This document shows, piece by piece, positions 8,012-17,793 of a stretch of DNA of 47,814 nt. The stretch lies in the sequence record PV090993.1; one strand, written 5' to 3'. Numbering within the stretch: position 1 is the first letter of the stretch; every line of letters starts with the position of its first letter. The stretch is from Salmonella phage vB_GS166. The notes beneath the pieces are model-generated. The model ran no database searches and was not told the DNA's origin. It saw only the letters and a list, made by a program, of their open reading frames with translations. The position numbers and the translations under genes were made by a program.

Positions 8012-9583
8012 ATGTTGATTTGGGAAGATTTAACAAAACTTGAAAAGCTGGCTATTAAGGAATTAAGCACACACGATTTTGATACTTTCGTTAAAATCTG
8101 GTTCCCGATCCAGCAGGGCGAAAAATGGATTCCTAACTGGCATCACCTTTATATCGCCAGGGCGATTGATGAAATTATTGATGGTGTGCGAAAAGACACT
8201 ATTTTTAATGTGACGCCTGGTAGTGGTAAGACGGAATTACTTTCGATCCACTTCCCGCCTTATTCATATTTGAAATTGAACAAGGTGAGAAACCTCAATA
8301 TTTCATTTGCTGATACGCTGGTAAAGCGAAATAGTAAACGTGTTCGCGATCTGGTTAACTCTAAGGAATGGCAAGAGCTTTACCCAGCAAAAACCGGCAC
8401 AAGCAAGGATGATGAATTTCAAGTTTTGAATGAAGCCGGAAAAGTTAGACTTGAAATGATTAGTAAGTCGATGGGTGGTCAGATTACTGGTAGCCGTGGC
8501 GGTTATATCACGCCTGGCGTTTATTCCGGTTGTGTGACGCTTGATGATCCAGAAAAGCCGGATGATATGTTTTCGAAGGTGAAACGTGAGCGCGGTCAAA
8601 TGATCGCAAAGAACACAATCCGATCCCGTCGCGCACATTCAGAAACGCCGATTATCGTTATTCAGCAGCGTCTACACGCGCAGGATATGACCTGGTTTCT
8701 GATGAATGGCGGAATGGGTATTGAATTTGATCAGATATCAATTCCTGCGATGGTTACAGAGGAATACGGGAAATCGCTTCCTGATTGGTTACAGCATCAT
8801 TTTGAAAAAGATGTGCTTTCGTCTGAATACATCGTTATTGACGGCGTGAAGTATTATTCTTTCTGGCCTAGCAAGGAAAGCATTCATGATCTTAAAGCGC
8901 TACGCGATGCGGATTTGTACACGTTCCTTTCTCAGTATCAGCAAGAGCCAATTGCTCTTGGCGGTAACGCAATTAACGTTGGATGGTTCCAGTATTACGG
9001 AACTGGAGAAAAATCAACGATACCAAAACCGGATCGCTTTGATTATACGTTTATTACAGCAGATACCGCTCAGAAAGAAGGTGAGCTAAACGACTACAGC
9101 GTTTTATGTTATTGGGGCATGTTCAAAGGCCGTATATATTTTATTGACGGTGTGCGCGGAAAATGGGAAGCGCCAATGTTAGAAACGCAGTTTAAAGCGT
9201 TTGTTAAACAGTGCTGGAACCGTAACAAAGAATGCGGAAACTTGCGTAAAATTTACGTGGAAGATAAAGCGAGCGGTACAGGTTTGATCCAGAATTGCCG
9301 CAAAGCATTTCCGATAGAAATTACGCCAGTGCAACGCGATAAAGACAAAGTAACGCGCTGCATGGACGCACAGCCAGTGATCAAGAATGGTTATGTTGTA
9401 TTGCCTGAATCGCATTACATGCTTGCTGAATTTCTGGCAGAGGCGGCGGCATTCACTTATGATGATAGCCATCCTCATGATGATATTATGGATAACCTTT
9501 TTGATGCGGTTAATATTGAGCTTAACCTTGCTGATAATGCGGTTGATAGAATGAAGCGTTTAGCTGGATTAGCGAAGCGTTAA
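8012..9583 (+). CDS. terminase large subunit
   Basis: Walker A-like FNVTPGSGKTELLS, CVTLDDPEKPDD, nuclease-domain FITADTAQKEGELNDYSVLCYWG and DDIMDNLFDAV. Confidence 0.92.
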   Translation: MLIWEDLTKLEKLAIKELSTHDFDTFVKIWFPIQQGEKWIPNWHHLYIARAIDEIIDGVRKDTIFNVTPGSGKTELLSIHFPPYSYLKLNKVRNLNISFADTLVKRNSKRVRDLVNSKEWQELYPAKTGTSKDDEFQVLNEAGKVRLEMISKSMGGQITGSRGGYITPGVYSGCVTLDDPEKPDDMFSKVKRERGQMIAKNTIRSRRAHSETPIIVIQQRLHAQDMTWFLMNGGMGIEFDQISIPAMVTEEYGKSLPDWLQHHFEKDVLSSEYIVIDGVKYYSFWPSKESIHDLKALRDADLYTFLSQYQQEPIALGGNAINVGWFQYYGTGEKSTIPKPDRFDYTFITADTAQKEGELNDYSVLCYWGMFKGRIYFIDGVRGKWEAPMLETQFKAFVKQCWNRNKECGNLRKIYVEDKASGTGLIQNCRKAFPIEITPVQRDKDKVTRCMDAQPVIKNGYVVLPESHYMLAEFLAEAAAFTYDDSHPHDDIMDNLFDAVNIELNLADNAVDRMKRLAGLAKR

Positions 9584-9594
9584 TGTGTAAAATC

Positions 9595-9620
9595 AAAGGC
9601 TGGAATATTCCGGCCTTTTT
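9595..9620 (+). terminator. intergenic terminator-like hairpin TerL/portal
   Basis: AAAGGCTGG-AATATT-CCGGCCTTTTT. Confidence 0.6.
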
Positions 9621-9635
9621 ATTATGGGGGTATTT

Positions 9636-10931
9636 ATGAGCGACAAGGTAAAGGCCATTACTAAAGAAGATGGTTACAACGAAATTTTCGGATCTAAAGA
9701 TGGAACGTTTAGGCCAAATGCTTTTTACATGCAAAGTGCGGCATTTAAAACGTTATCGCAATTTTATGAAGAAGATGGAATGGCGCGGCGCATTGTAGAT
9801 GTTATTCCAGAAGAAATGGTAACGCCTGGTTTTAAAGTTGACGGCGTGAAAAATGAAAAGTCTTTTAAATCGCGTTGGGATGAATTGCGATTAAACGCTA
9901 AAATTATTGATGCGCTTTCATGGTCGCGTTTATTTGGCGGTTCTGCAATTCTTGCTGTTGTTGCTGATAACAGAATGCTGAAATCACCTGTAAAGCCTGG
10001 CGCACAACTTGAAGATATTCGCGTATATGATCGCTATCAGATCACCATTCAGGAACGTGAAACTAATGCGCGGAGTGTTCGTTACGGTGAGCCAAAACTT
10101 TATAAGATCTCACCTGGCGGAGATATACCGGAATTCTTTGTTCATTACTCGCGTATTTGCATCATTGATGGTGAGCGAGTATCGAATGAAAAACGCCGTC
10201 AAAATGATGGTTGGGGCGCAAGCATTTTAAACAAGCGTTTGATTGAGGCGATTATTGATTATAACTATTGCCATGAATTAGCAACGCAATTGCTACGCAG
10301 AAAACAACAAGCAGTATGGAAAGCTCGTGATCTGGCTTTGATGTGCGACGATGAAGAAGGGCGCTATGCGGCGCGTTTGCGTTTGGCTCAGGTTGATGAC
10401 GAAAGCGGAGTTGGTAAGGCAATTGGTATTGATGCCACCGATGAAGAATATGAGGTTCTCAATTCTGACGTTTCCGGCGTTCCAGAGTTCTTACAGGAAA
10501 AGATTGATCGAATTGTTGCACTAACTGGCATTCATGAAATCATCCTCAAAAATAAGAACACTGGCGGCGTTTCAGCGAGTCAAAACACGGCGCTAGAGAC
10601 TTTCTATAAGTTAATTGATCGCAAGCGCGGAGAGGATTACAAGCCGATTCTTGAATTCCTTTTGCCGTTCATGATCTCAGAAGCGGAATGGTCTATTGAA
10701 TTCGAACCGTTAAGCGTTCCTAGCGATAAGGACAAGGCTGAAATTATGGCTAAGAATGTTGAATCTGTTGTAAAATTGAAAGCTGAACAGGCGATTGATC
10801 TCAAAGAAACAAGAGATACTTTGCGATCCATTTGCCCAGATCTTAAAATCAGTGACAATGACAACATTGAATTGCCAGAGCCGGAAGATTTAGATCCAGA
10901 GCCAGGGCAAGAGGGGGGATTGAATAAATGA
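9636..10931 (+). CDS. portal protein (DUF1073-type)
   Basis: 431 aa, follows TerL; RIVDVIPEEMVTPGF, GGSAILAVVADN, GIHEIILKNKNTGGVSASQNTALETFYKLID typical of this portal family. Confidence 0.85.
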   Translation: MSDKVKAITKEDGYNEIFGSKDGTFRPNAFYMQSAAFKTLSQFYEEDGMARRIVDVIPEEMVTPGFKVDGVKNEKSFKSRWDELRLNAKIIDALSWSRLFGGSAILAVVADNRMLKSPVKPGAQLEDIRVYDRYQITIQERETNARSVRYGEPKLYKISPGGDIPEFFVHYSRICIIDGERVSNEKRRQNDGWGASILNKRLIEAIIDYNYCHELATQLLRRKQQAVWKARDLALMCDDEEGRYAARLRLAQVDDESGVGKAIGIDATDEEYEVLNSDVSGVPEFLQEKIDRIVALTGIHEIILKNKNTGGVSASQNTALETFYKLIDRKRGEDYKPILEFLLPFMISEAEWSIEFEPLSVPSDKDKAEIMAKNVESVVKLKAEQAIDLKETRDTLRSICPDLKISDNDNIELPEPEDLDPEPGQEGGLNK

Positions 10932-11599
10932 TGTTTCCCGATATGACAGAGAGCGACGTTGAAAAGGCGCTTGATGATCTGGCGGTTGATATCACTGAAA
11001 ACAATGCTGATGTAGAGGCGGCAATTGCCGCCTTTATGTTGCTGGTTTACGGGTTCGCCGTTAGTGCATACAAATATCACACTCGCCAATTTATCAGAAT
11101 GGCAAAGCAAACAGGAGGAGCAAATAATCGATCCGTTATCCTTCTGATTGGTGGCGTTTACGGAAATATGAATGAACGTTGGTTCAATTCAAAATACATA
11201 ACCTGGCGATCACTTATTGAGGCATCCGTAAGGAAATTTGCGTATAATGTGCTTGATGATTGGGAAGTGCAACAGCGTTTAAATGAGTTACGCGAGCAAG
11301 CAGAAACAAGAGCGCAGATCCGAAAGCGCCTAAGAAAATATAAGGCGTGGGCTAAAAATAGGGCGTCTGGTTTTGTTGGTTCGTGGTATTCCGTGTTAAT
11401 GTATCAACGCGTAGTTGATACCGGAGTTACCCATTATATTTGGCGCACTCAGGAAGATAACAGGGTTAGACCTGAACACGCCAAATTGGACATGAAACGG
11501 ATCTCATTGGCAATAAAGCACATATTCCCAGGGCAGGAATATAATTGTCGTTGTTGGGCGCAACCGGATTGGGAAACAGAGCAAGAGGTATATTTATGA
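10928..11599 (+). CDS. MuF-like minor head/head-morphogenesis protein
   Basis: C-terminal IFPGQEYNCRCWAQP motif; position after portal. Confidence 0.8.
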   Translation: MMFPDMTESDVEKALDDLAVDITENNADVEAAIAAFMLLVYGFAVSAYKYHTRQFIRMAKQTGGANNRSVILLIGGVYGNMNERWFNSKYITWRSLIEASVRKFAYNVLDDWEVQQRLNELREQAETRAQIRKRLRKYKAWAKNRASGFVGSWYSVLMYQRVVDTGVTHYIWRTQEDNRVRPEHAKLDMKRISLAIKHIFPGQEYNCRCWAQPDWETEQEVYL

Positions 11600-12714
11600 A
11601 GAAGGTGCAACGTTTTGATTACTTGCTATTCAAAGCACATAAAGATGAGAATGGTTTTCTTATTGATACGCCAGTTGTATCAAGGATTGGATTGCAGGAA
11701 TATAAACTTCCAGATGGAACAATTCAAAGAGAATTTAGACCATCTAGCGAGGTGTTTAGCGAGGATTCATTAAACAGCTTTCGAGGAAAACCAATCACGC
11801 TGGGTCATGTAACTGTCACGCCTGAAAATGCAAAAAAGGTGACGGTTGGTAATTGCTCAGGGTCTGCATGGGCTGATTATGCTGAGGGAAAAGTAAGATG
11901 CCCTGTTACGATAATGGACAAAAAAGCAATTGATGCAGCGGAGGCTAAGAAAGCAAGTGAGTTGTCTGTTGGATATACAGTGGTTGAAATTCGTGAGCCT
12001 GGTTATGGATCAAATACTTCAGGAGAGTACATTTTCAAAAAGGATCTTACTGATGAATTTATTGTTCCTGATGATTGGGTTGAATTTGATGTTTTGCAGA
12101 CTAACATTATTGTAAACCATGTAGCTATGGTGTTTAAGGGTCGCGCTGGCATTGCAAAATTGAATCTTGATAGCGAGCAAGAATTCCCGTATGATATCGA
12201 CGTTAAATTAAATAAAGAGGACGAAGTTATGACCGTTAAAATTAAACTTGATGGTGCTGTTGAATTTGACGTACCAAAAGAAGTTGCTACTTTTATCGAA
12301 ACCGTGAAAGCAGACGCTACAGCGGCAAAAACTAAAGCCGATAGCCTGGAAGCAGAGCGCGATGCTCTACAGGCGAAAGTTGACGGCATTCCGGCGCAGA
12401 TTGAAGAAGCCGTGAAAAAAGCAAAAGCTGACGCTGATGAACATGCCGCGCTGGTCGCTACCGCTTCCGAAGTTGGCGTAAAATGCGACGGCCTAACCGC
12501 CAAAGAAATTAAGATCGCATATGTGAAAGAGGTCATGGGTAATGACATTAGCGCAAAGGCTGATGCATATATTGATACCGCTTTTGATATCGCGAAAGAA
12601 TCTGATAAAATGGCGGCTCAACGTATCGCATTAAAAGGCGATGCAGCAAAAAACAAACAGGATGCAGCGGAAACCATTCTTGATCCTTCCGCACGTCTGA
12701 ATAAAGCTAAGTAA
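11596..12714 (+). CDS. DUF2213-type protein, putative head maturation protease/scaffold fusion
   Basis: N-terminal FRGKPITLGHVTVTPENAKKVTVGNCSG... ELSVGYTVVEI; coiled-coil acidic C-terminal half. Confidence 0.75.
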   Translation: MKKVQRFDYLLFKAHKDENGFLIDTPVVSRIGLQEYKLPDGTIQREFRPSSEVFSEDSLNSFRGKPITLGHVTVTPENAKKVTVGNCSGSAWADYAEGKVRCPVTIMDKKAIDAAEAKKASELSVGYTVVEIREPGYGSNTSGEYIFKKDLTDEFIVPDDWVEFDVLQTNIIVNHVAMVFKGRAGIAKLNLDSEQEFPYDIDVKLNKEDEVMTVKIKLDGAVEFDVPKEVATFIETVKADATAAKTKADSLEAERDALQAKVDGIPAQIEEAVKKAKADADEHAALVATASEVGVKCDGLTAKEIKIAYVKEVMGNDISAKADAYIDTAFDIAKESDKMAAQRIALKGDAAKNKQDAAETILDPSARLNKAK

Positions 12715-12726
12715 GGAGAAAATATT

Positions 12727-13206
12727 ATGGCTCAGATTTCAGCAAGTTATCATGTTGCAATGGCTCGCGCCTTGCCTGGTCAAGTTTCTGACACTTCCGC
12801 GTATAACATCGACGGCGCTTGTGTTCTTGATGGTGATGCCGGATCAACAATTTATGTTGGCGTTGGTGTTCAACATGGCGGAGTTAGCGCAAGCGGTGAG
12901 AAATTAATTAAGGCTATGGCGGCGTCTGGTAATGCTTATGGTGTTGCTATTCGATCCAACTTCCAGACCACATCTAAAGATGGTCGCATGGTTTATGAGG
13001 CTGGTAGCGGAATTAACGTAATGACTAAAGGGCGCGTTTGGATGGTATCTGTAGAATCGGAAGCGCCAGCATTCAAAACAGCTATCAAACTTGATAATTC
13101 AGGACGGGTTGATTTAACGTCTGGATTAATTGAAACCACTTGGATCGCAACTGGAGACTTTACGGAGTTCCAAGGTCTAAAACTCGTTGAGGTTCAACTG
13201 GTATAA
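12727..13206 (+). CDS. capsid decoration/structural cement-like protein
   Basis: position between DUF2213 protein and capsid; family-like composition. Confidence 0.6.
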   Translation: MAQISASYHVAMARALPGQVSDTSAYNIDGACVLDGDAGSTIYVGVGVQHGGVSASGEKLIKAMAASGNAYGVAIRSNFQTTSKDGRMVYEAGSGINVMTKGRVWMVSVESEAPAFKTAIKLDNSGRVDLTSGLIETTWIATGDFTEFQGLKLVEVQLV

Positions 13207-13210
13207 TAAT

Positions 13211-13234
13211 AAGGCCGGATTATTCCGGCCTTTT
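13211..13234 (+). terminator. terminator-like hairpin
   Basis: AAGGCCGG-ATTATT-CCGGCCTT TT. Confidence 0.6.
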
Positions 13235-13249
13235 ATATATGGTGGTTTT

Positions 13250-13690
13250 ATGTCTGATTACGGTTCTATAATAGGTATAGTTGAAAATGGGTGCTTGGTA
13301 GATTCAAGCCTTTATAATATAGATGGCTCGCCAGTTATGGATGTTTCAGCCGTGATAGGTAAGGCCGTATGTGTTGATCGCATATCTTGCGGTTACAAAA
13401 TAATCAGCCACAATTTTAATGAAAAATCAAAGCATTACGGAATCGTTACTCGTGATTATATGGATTTTTGCAAAGAATATTACGAAGCCGGAGATCCGGT
13501 TAACGTAATAACTCATGGTCGAATTTGGGTAATCACTCAGGACGAACATGATATTCCATCGTATAAAGATCCTGTTTTTGTTAAAGATAATGGCTCTATA
13601 TCAACAAGTGGATTTCCTACCAGTTGGTTTTTTACTGGCGAATACGTAAGATATTCACATGGATATATTTTACTATCAGTTCAGTTGTAG
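13250..13690 (+). CDS. second, diverged structural cement-like protein
   Basis: YNIDGSPVMD ... YGIVTRD ... YEAGDPVNVITHGRIWVIT parallels the upstream ORF. Confidence 0.6.
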   Translation: MSDYGSIIGIVENGCLVDSSLYNIDGSPVMDVSAVIGKAVCVDRISCGYKIISHNFNEKSKHYGIVTRDYMDFCKEYYEAGDPVNVITHGRIWVITQDEHDIPSYKDPVFVKDNGSISTSGFPTSWFFTGEYVRYSHGYILLSVQL

Positions 13691-13710
13691 TGTGCTAACA
13701 CAAAAAACAC

Positions 13711-13738
13711 TTGAACGTTTAACAAAAAATGCTATATT
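13711..13738 (+). promoter_or_regulatory. promoter TTGAAC-N16-TATATT upstream of the capsid gene, covered by a reverse-oriented box
   Basis: TTGAAC 13711-13716, TATATT 13733-13738; reverse complement of 13717-13738 = AATATAGCATTTTTTGTTAAAC. Confidence 0.65.
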
Positions 13739-13763
13739 AAAGCCGTTATTATGACGGCTTTTC
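13739..13763 (+). terminator. terminator-like hairpin upstream of the capsid gene
   Basis: AAAGCCGT-TATTATG-ACGGCTTTTT. Confidence 0.6.
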
Positions 13764-13779
13764 TATGAGGGAAAATATT

Positions 13780-14754
13780 ATGTCTAAAGAAATGAAATAT
13801 GATGAATTTGAAGCAAACGTGATCGCCAACCATATGCAGTTACGCGGCTCTAAAAACGACGCATCTGATATGGGTATTTGGACGGCTCAAGAGCTTCATA
13901 AAATTAAGGCTCAAGCCTATGAGAAAGAATATCCGGCAGGTTCTGCACTGCGTGTATTCCCTGTAACGTCCGAGCTTTCTGATACAGATAAAACCTTTGA
14001 ATATCAGACTTTCGACAAAGTAGGGCACGCAAAAATCATCGCTGATTACACTGATGATCTGCCAACTGTTGACGCGCTGATGACTTCTGAGTTCGGTAAA
14101 GTGTTCCGCCTGGGTAATGCGTTCCTGATTTCCATTGACGAAATCAAAGCAGGTCAACGCACTGGCAAGAGCCTTTCCACTCGCAAGGCAAACGCCGCAC
14201 AGAATGCGCATGATCAGCTTGTAAACCACCTGGTTTTCAAAGGTTCTAAACCGCATAAAATTATCAGCGTGTTTGAACATCCAAACCTGACAACTATCAA
14301 CTCCGCAGGTTGGAACAACGCCGCAGGTACTGGTAAAAAGCCTGAAACCGCACAGGATGAATTAGAGCAAGCGATTGAAAAAATCGAAACGCTGACCAAC
14401 GGGCAGCACCGCGCTAATATGATCCTGATTCCGCCGTCAATGCGTAAAGTTCTGATGGTTCGTATGCCTGAAACCACCATGAGCTATCTTGATTATTTCA
14501 AGCAGCAGAATGGCGGTATCACTATCGAATCCATTTCCGAGCTTGAAGATATCGACGGCGCAGGGACTAAAGCGGCGCTGGTTTACGAAAAAGATCCGAT
14601 GAACATGAGCATTGAGATTCCAGAAGCGTTTAACATGCTGACCGCGCAACCCAAAGACCTGCATTTCAAAGTGCCTTGCACCTCTAAATGTACTGGCCTG
14701 ACGATTTACCGTCCGTTGACGCTGGTTCTGATTAAAGGTCTTGTAGTAGGCTGA
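13780..14754 (+). CDS. major capsid protein (DUF2184-like)
   Basis: 324 aa, position; LIPPSMRKVLMVRMPETTMSYLDYFKQQNGGITIESISEL. Confidence 0.8.
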   Translation: MSKEMKYDEFEANVIANHMQLRGSKNDASDMGIWTAQELHKIKAQAYEKEYPAGSALRVFPVTSELSDTDKTFEYQTFDKVGHAKIIADYTDDLPTVDALMTSEFGKVFRLGNAFLISIDEIKAGQRTGKSLSTRKANAAQNAHDQLVNHLVFKGSKPHKIISVFEHPNLTTINSAGWNNAAGTGKKPETAQDELEQAIEKIETLTNGQHRANMILIPPSMRKVLMVRMPETTMSYLDYFKQQNGGITIESISELEDIDGAGTKAALVYEKDPMNMSIEIPEAFNMLTAQPKDLHFKVPCTSKCTGLTIYRPLTLVLIKGLVVG

Positions 14755-14770
14755 TAATTCAATTAATATA

Positions 14771-14797
14771 GGGAACCGTTAAAAGGTTCCCTTTTTT
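14771..14797 (+). terminator. intrinsic terminator after the major capsid gene
   Basis: GGGAACC-GTTAAAA-GGTTCCC + T6. Confidence 0.8.
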
Positions 14798-14815
14798 ATA
14801 TCTGGAGAAAAACAA

Positions 14816-15088
14816 ATGGCTAAAGAAAAAGAAATTACACTGGTGAACACTGGCGTTGCACTGATTATTATTGATCGCGTTGACGTTATGCCAGGTAAAG
14901 AAATTACCGTTGCGGAAAGCGTGTTAGAGCGGCAGGGTACAAAGTCACTGGTTGCACAAGGCAAGCTAGCCGTAAAAGATAACAGCGATTTAAACGCTCA
15001 GATCATTGAAGAATTTGAGAGTAAGCGCCGAGCAGATCCGACCGAAGGCAAAACCAAAAAACAGCTTGAGGACGGCGGCGAGTATTAA
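14816..15088 (+). CDS. hypothetical head/tail-associated protein
   Basis: 90 aa within the structural operon. Confidence 0.6.
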   Translation: MAKEKEITLVNTGVALIIIDRVDVMPGKEITVAESVLERQGTKSLVAQGKLAVKDNSDLNAQIIEEFESKRRADPTEGKTKKQLEDGGEY

Positions 15089-15097
15089 CAAAGAAAG

Positions 15098-15120
15098 GGC
15101 GCTCATGTAGCGCCTTTTTT
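15098..15120 (+). terminator. intrinsic terminator-like hairpin
   Basis: GGCGCT-CATGT-AGCGCC + T6. Confidence 0.75.
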
Positions 15121-15131
15121 ATTATGGAGAA

Positions 15132-15542
15132 ATGACCATGAATGATATTGAGATCCTAGAGCAGATTTATAAAATCGCGCCAGCGTTTAAGAAAGTTGAT
15201 CCTGAATTAATTCAGGCGTGGATTGAGCTTGCAAAAGACTTTGTTTGTGAGAAGCACTTCAAAGATAAATATAACCGCGCTGTTGCTCTTTATACCTTGC
15301 ACCTGATGACTCTTGACGGAGCCATGAAGCAGGAAAATGAAAGCGTAGAAAGTTATTCGCGGCGTGTAGCGTCATTTTCCCTGACTGGTGAGTTTTCTCA
15401 GACGTTCAGCAAGGTTAGCGACGACACAAGCGGAAACGCATTGCGACAAACGCCGTGGGGAAAGATGTATGAAGTTCTCAACAAGAAAAAAGGCGGCGGC
15501 TTTGGTCTTACAACTGCATTGAATCGGAGGTGTTGCCGATGA
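15132..15542 (+). CDS. DUF4054-like head-completion protein
   Basis: [27 protein letters not shown] ... [30 protein letters not shown]. Confidence 0.7.
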   Translation: MTMNDIEILEQIYKIAPAFKKVDPELIQAWIELAKDFVCEKHFKDKYNRAVALYTLHLMTLDGAMKQENESVESYSRRVASFSLTGEFSQTFSKVSDDTSGNALRQTPWGKMYEVLNKKKGGGFGLTTALNRRCCR

Positions 15543-15910
15543 ATTATGAAAGTATCAAATCAATGGCAACAGCCGGAATTGATTTCTTTAGTGATGGATC
15601 TGGTTATTTTGATTGTATCACTCAGCCTGGAAGCGTTGAAATTGTTGGCGGCGTTGAAGTTGAGAAACCAGAAATCAAGACTAAAATCAAAGGTCTTGTA
15701 AGAGCGCCTAGAGCGCGTGAGGTTGACGGTGAAGCAATTAGGGTTACTGATAAATTAGGCGTGTTCAATGCTGATGTAGAGCTTAAAAACGGGTATCAAA
15801 TTGATATAGATGGAGAGCGCTATGTTATGGTTGAAACAAGACCAATCAGACCAACAAGCATTACCGTTGCTTACCGTCCAATAATGCGGAGGATTTCGGT
15901 TCATGGCTGA
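15539..15910 (+). CDS. putative head-tail joining protein
   Basis: position after DUF4054 protein. Confidence 0.5.
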   Translation: MNYESIKSMATAGIDFFSDGSGYFDCITQPGSVEIVGGVEVEKPEIKTKIKGLVRAPRAREVDGEAIRVTDKLGVFNADVELKNGYQIDIDGERYVMVETRPIRPTSITVAYRPIMRRISVHG

Positions 15911-16343
15911 TTATTCGATCCGAGAATTTCATGGCAATGTTGACAAATGGATCGAGCAAGTAGAAAGCGGATTAAATGACGTGATTCAGATTTTTGGTGA
16001 AAAGGTTCACGGCGCATTAGTTGACATTGCGCCAGTGGACACAGGACGATTCAAAGCCAATATGCAGATCACAGCAAACAAGCCGCCTCTTTACGCGCTC
16101 AATCAATACGATCCTGATGGTGAGAAAATAAAGGCTGAAGGTCGCAGGACGCTTTATGCTTTATTGCATGGCGGCGGTGCAATCAAATCAATATACTTTT
16201 CAAATATGCTGATTTATGCTAACGCTCTTGAATACGGTCATTCAAAGCAAGCGCCAGCAGGTGTATTTGGTATTGTTGCGATCCGGTTGCGTTCTTATAT
16301 GGCAGAAGCGATAAGGGAGGCGAGAAAGAAAAATGCACTATGA
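15903..16343 (+). CDS. HK97 gp10-like tail-completion protein
   Basis: GALVDIAPVDTGRFKANMQITANKPP. Confidence 0.75.
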   Translation: MADYSIREFHGNVDKWIEQVESGLNDVIQIFGEKVHGALVDIAPVDTGRFKANMQITANKPPLYALNQYDPDGEKIKAEGRRTLYALLHGGGAIKSIYFSNMLIYANALEYGHSKQAPAGVFGIVAIRLRSYMAEAIREARKKNAL

Positions 16344-16725
16344 ATTATCTGTTGCGGCAAGAATGGCTCTTGCTCAGGAATATGAAAGCGAATACAAGAT
16401 CGCATATGAAAACGTTGAGTTTACGCCGCCTAAAGGTGGTGGCATTTGGCTTAAATATGATTACAAAGAAGCCGATACAATAATTCACGATCTAAAAAGA
16501 AAGTGCATTAGTTATATTGGTCTTGTTCAGATCGGAATTGAATTCCCGCCAGGCTCAGGAATTGATAAGGCTCGCAAGCTGGCAAAAAATATTGCTGATT
16601 TCTTTGAAGATGGTAAAATGCTTTCGAATGGCTATATTTCAGAGGGTGCAAAAGTGCATTCAGTTCAGAAATCAGAATCAGGCTGGTTTTATCCAGTGCG
16701 TTTTTATGTTCGTTACGATGGTTAA
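16333..16725 (+). CDS. tail terminator protein (putative)
   Basis: position between gp10-like and tail tube genes. Confidence 0.55.
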   Translation: MHYELSVAARMALAQEYESEYKIAYENVEFTPPKGGGIWLKYDYKEADTIIHDLKRKCISYIGLVQIGIEFPPGSGIDKARKLAKNIADFFEDGKMLSNGYISEGAKVHSVQKSESGWFYPVRFYVRYDG

Positions 16726-16739
16726 TATAGGGGGCAATT

Positions 16740-17402
16740 ATGCACTTACCAAACGGATCACAAATTTTTATTGAGAATACTCGCGGCAATGCCGTAAATG
16801 CAACAAACGTTAGCAATGCAACTAAACCGGAATTCACGCTTGAAAGCGGCGGTGATGCATTTCAGAAAGGTGATTACATTATTGTGACCGCCTCAAGTTG
16901 GGGGAAGCTGCTTGATCGCGTTCTGCGTGTTACAGCAGCAGAAGCAACTAAGGTTACTGTTGAAGGTATCGACACCACTGATACTAACGTTTTTCCGGCT
17001 GGTAATGTTACCGCTAGCTTTGCAAAAATTAACGGCTGGACAGAGATCCCATGCGTTCAGGATTTAGGGCAGGACGGCGGCGAGCAGCAGTATTATAACT
17101 ATCAGTGCTTGAGCGATGACCAGGAACAGCAATTGCCTACCTACAAAAGCGCTGTATCACTGACTTACACATTTGCGCATGAATACGATAACCCGATTTA
17201 TCCGCTATTGCGTAAGGCTGACGAATCCGGCGACGTTAAAGCGTTGCGCATGTATGTGCCTAAAGCTAAAGAAATGCGCCTTTGGGCTGGCGTTCTTTCC
17301 TTCAATGAGATCCCACAAACAGCGGTAAACGAAATGGAAACTGTTTCTTTGTCGGTATCCCTGAAAGGTCGATTCACTTTCTTACCTGCTAGCCAGGATT
17401 AA
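16740..17402 (+). CDS. major tail (tube) protein
   Basis: 220 aa upstream of the frameshifted chaperone; QYYNYQCLSDDQEQQLPTYKSAVSLTYTFAHEYD. Confidence 0.75.
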   Translation: MHLPNGSQIFIENTRGNAVNATNVSNATKPEFTLESGGDAFQKGDYIIVTASSWGKLLDRVLRVTAAEATKVTVEGIDTTDTNVFPAGNVTASFAKINGWTEIPCVQDLGQDGGEQQYYNYQCLSDDQEQQLPTYKSAVSLTYTFAHEYDNPIYPLLRKADESGDVKALRMYVPKAKEMRLWAGVLSFNEIPQTAVNEMETVSLSVSLKGRFTFLPASQD

Positions 17403-17405
17403 TAT

Positions 17406-17431
17406 AAAGGGGCGCATTGCGTCCCTTTTTT
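17406..17431 (+). terminator. intrinsic terminator after the tail tube gene
   Basis: AAAGGGGCGC-ATT-GCGTCCCTTTTTT. Confidence 0.8.
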
Positions 17432-17478
17432 ATTTGATGTAATATCACCTCAATATTTACCACTCAGGAGAAACAACA

Positions 17479-17793
17479 ATGGCTAAAATGAAATTGACTC
17501 TTGCCCCGCTTCCTAATTTTAAACTCCCTGTTAAATTCGTACTTCCTGATGGAAACGAACAACAGATCGTATTTACCGTGATGCACAAGAAAGCAAGCGA
17601 GATTCAAGAGCTTTACCAGAAGGAAGGAATTAAAGATCCTGAATTCATCATGAATGTTGCTTCCGGTTGGGATCTGGAAGAAGAATTCAACGAAGAAAAC
17701 GCGCAACTGTTAGTTGATTATTATCCTGGTGCGGCGCTGGCTCTTATGGGATCTTATTTAAGTGCGCTAGCAGGGCAACGCGTAAAAAACTAA
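17479..17793 (+). CDS. tail assembly chaperone, zero-frame product (lambda gpG-like)
   Basis: 104 aa between tube and tape measure; ends ...QRVKN* at a slippery heptamer. Confidence 0.8.
   Translation: MAKMKLTLAPLPNFKLPVKFVLPDGNEQQIVFTVMHKKASEIQELYQKEGIKDPEFIMNVASGWDLEEEFNEENAQLLVDYYPGAALALMGSYLSALAGQRVKN

Noticed and set aside
9636-10931. Anti-CBASS Acb1 activity of the DUF1073 protein
   Set aside because: Some databases associate this family name with Acb1 fusions, but I saw no separate 2H-phosphoesterase-like domain with paired HxT/S motifs; length fits a plain portal.
10637-11110. Antisense ORF 10637..11110
   Set aside because: Overlaps portal and MuF-like genes; no RBS or plausible promoter.
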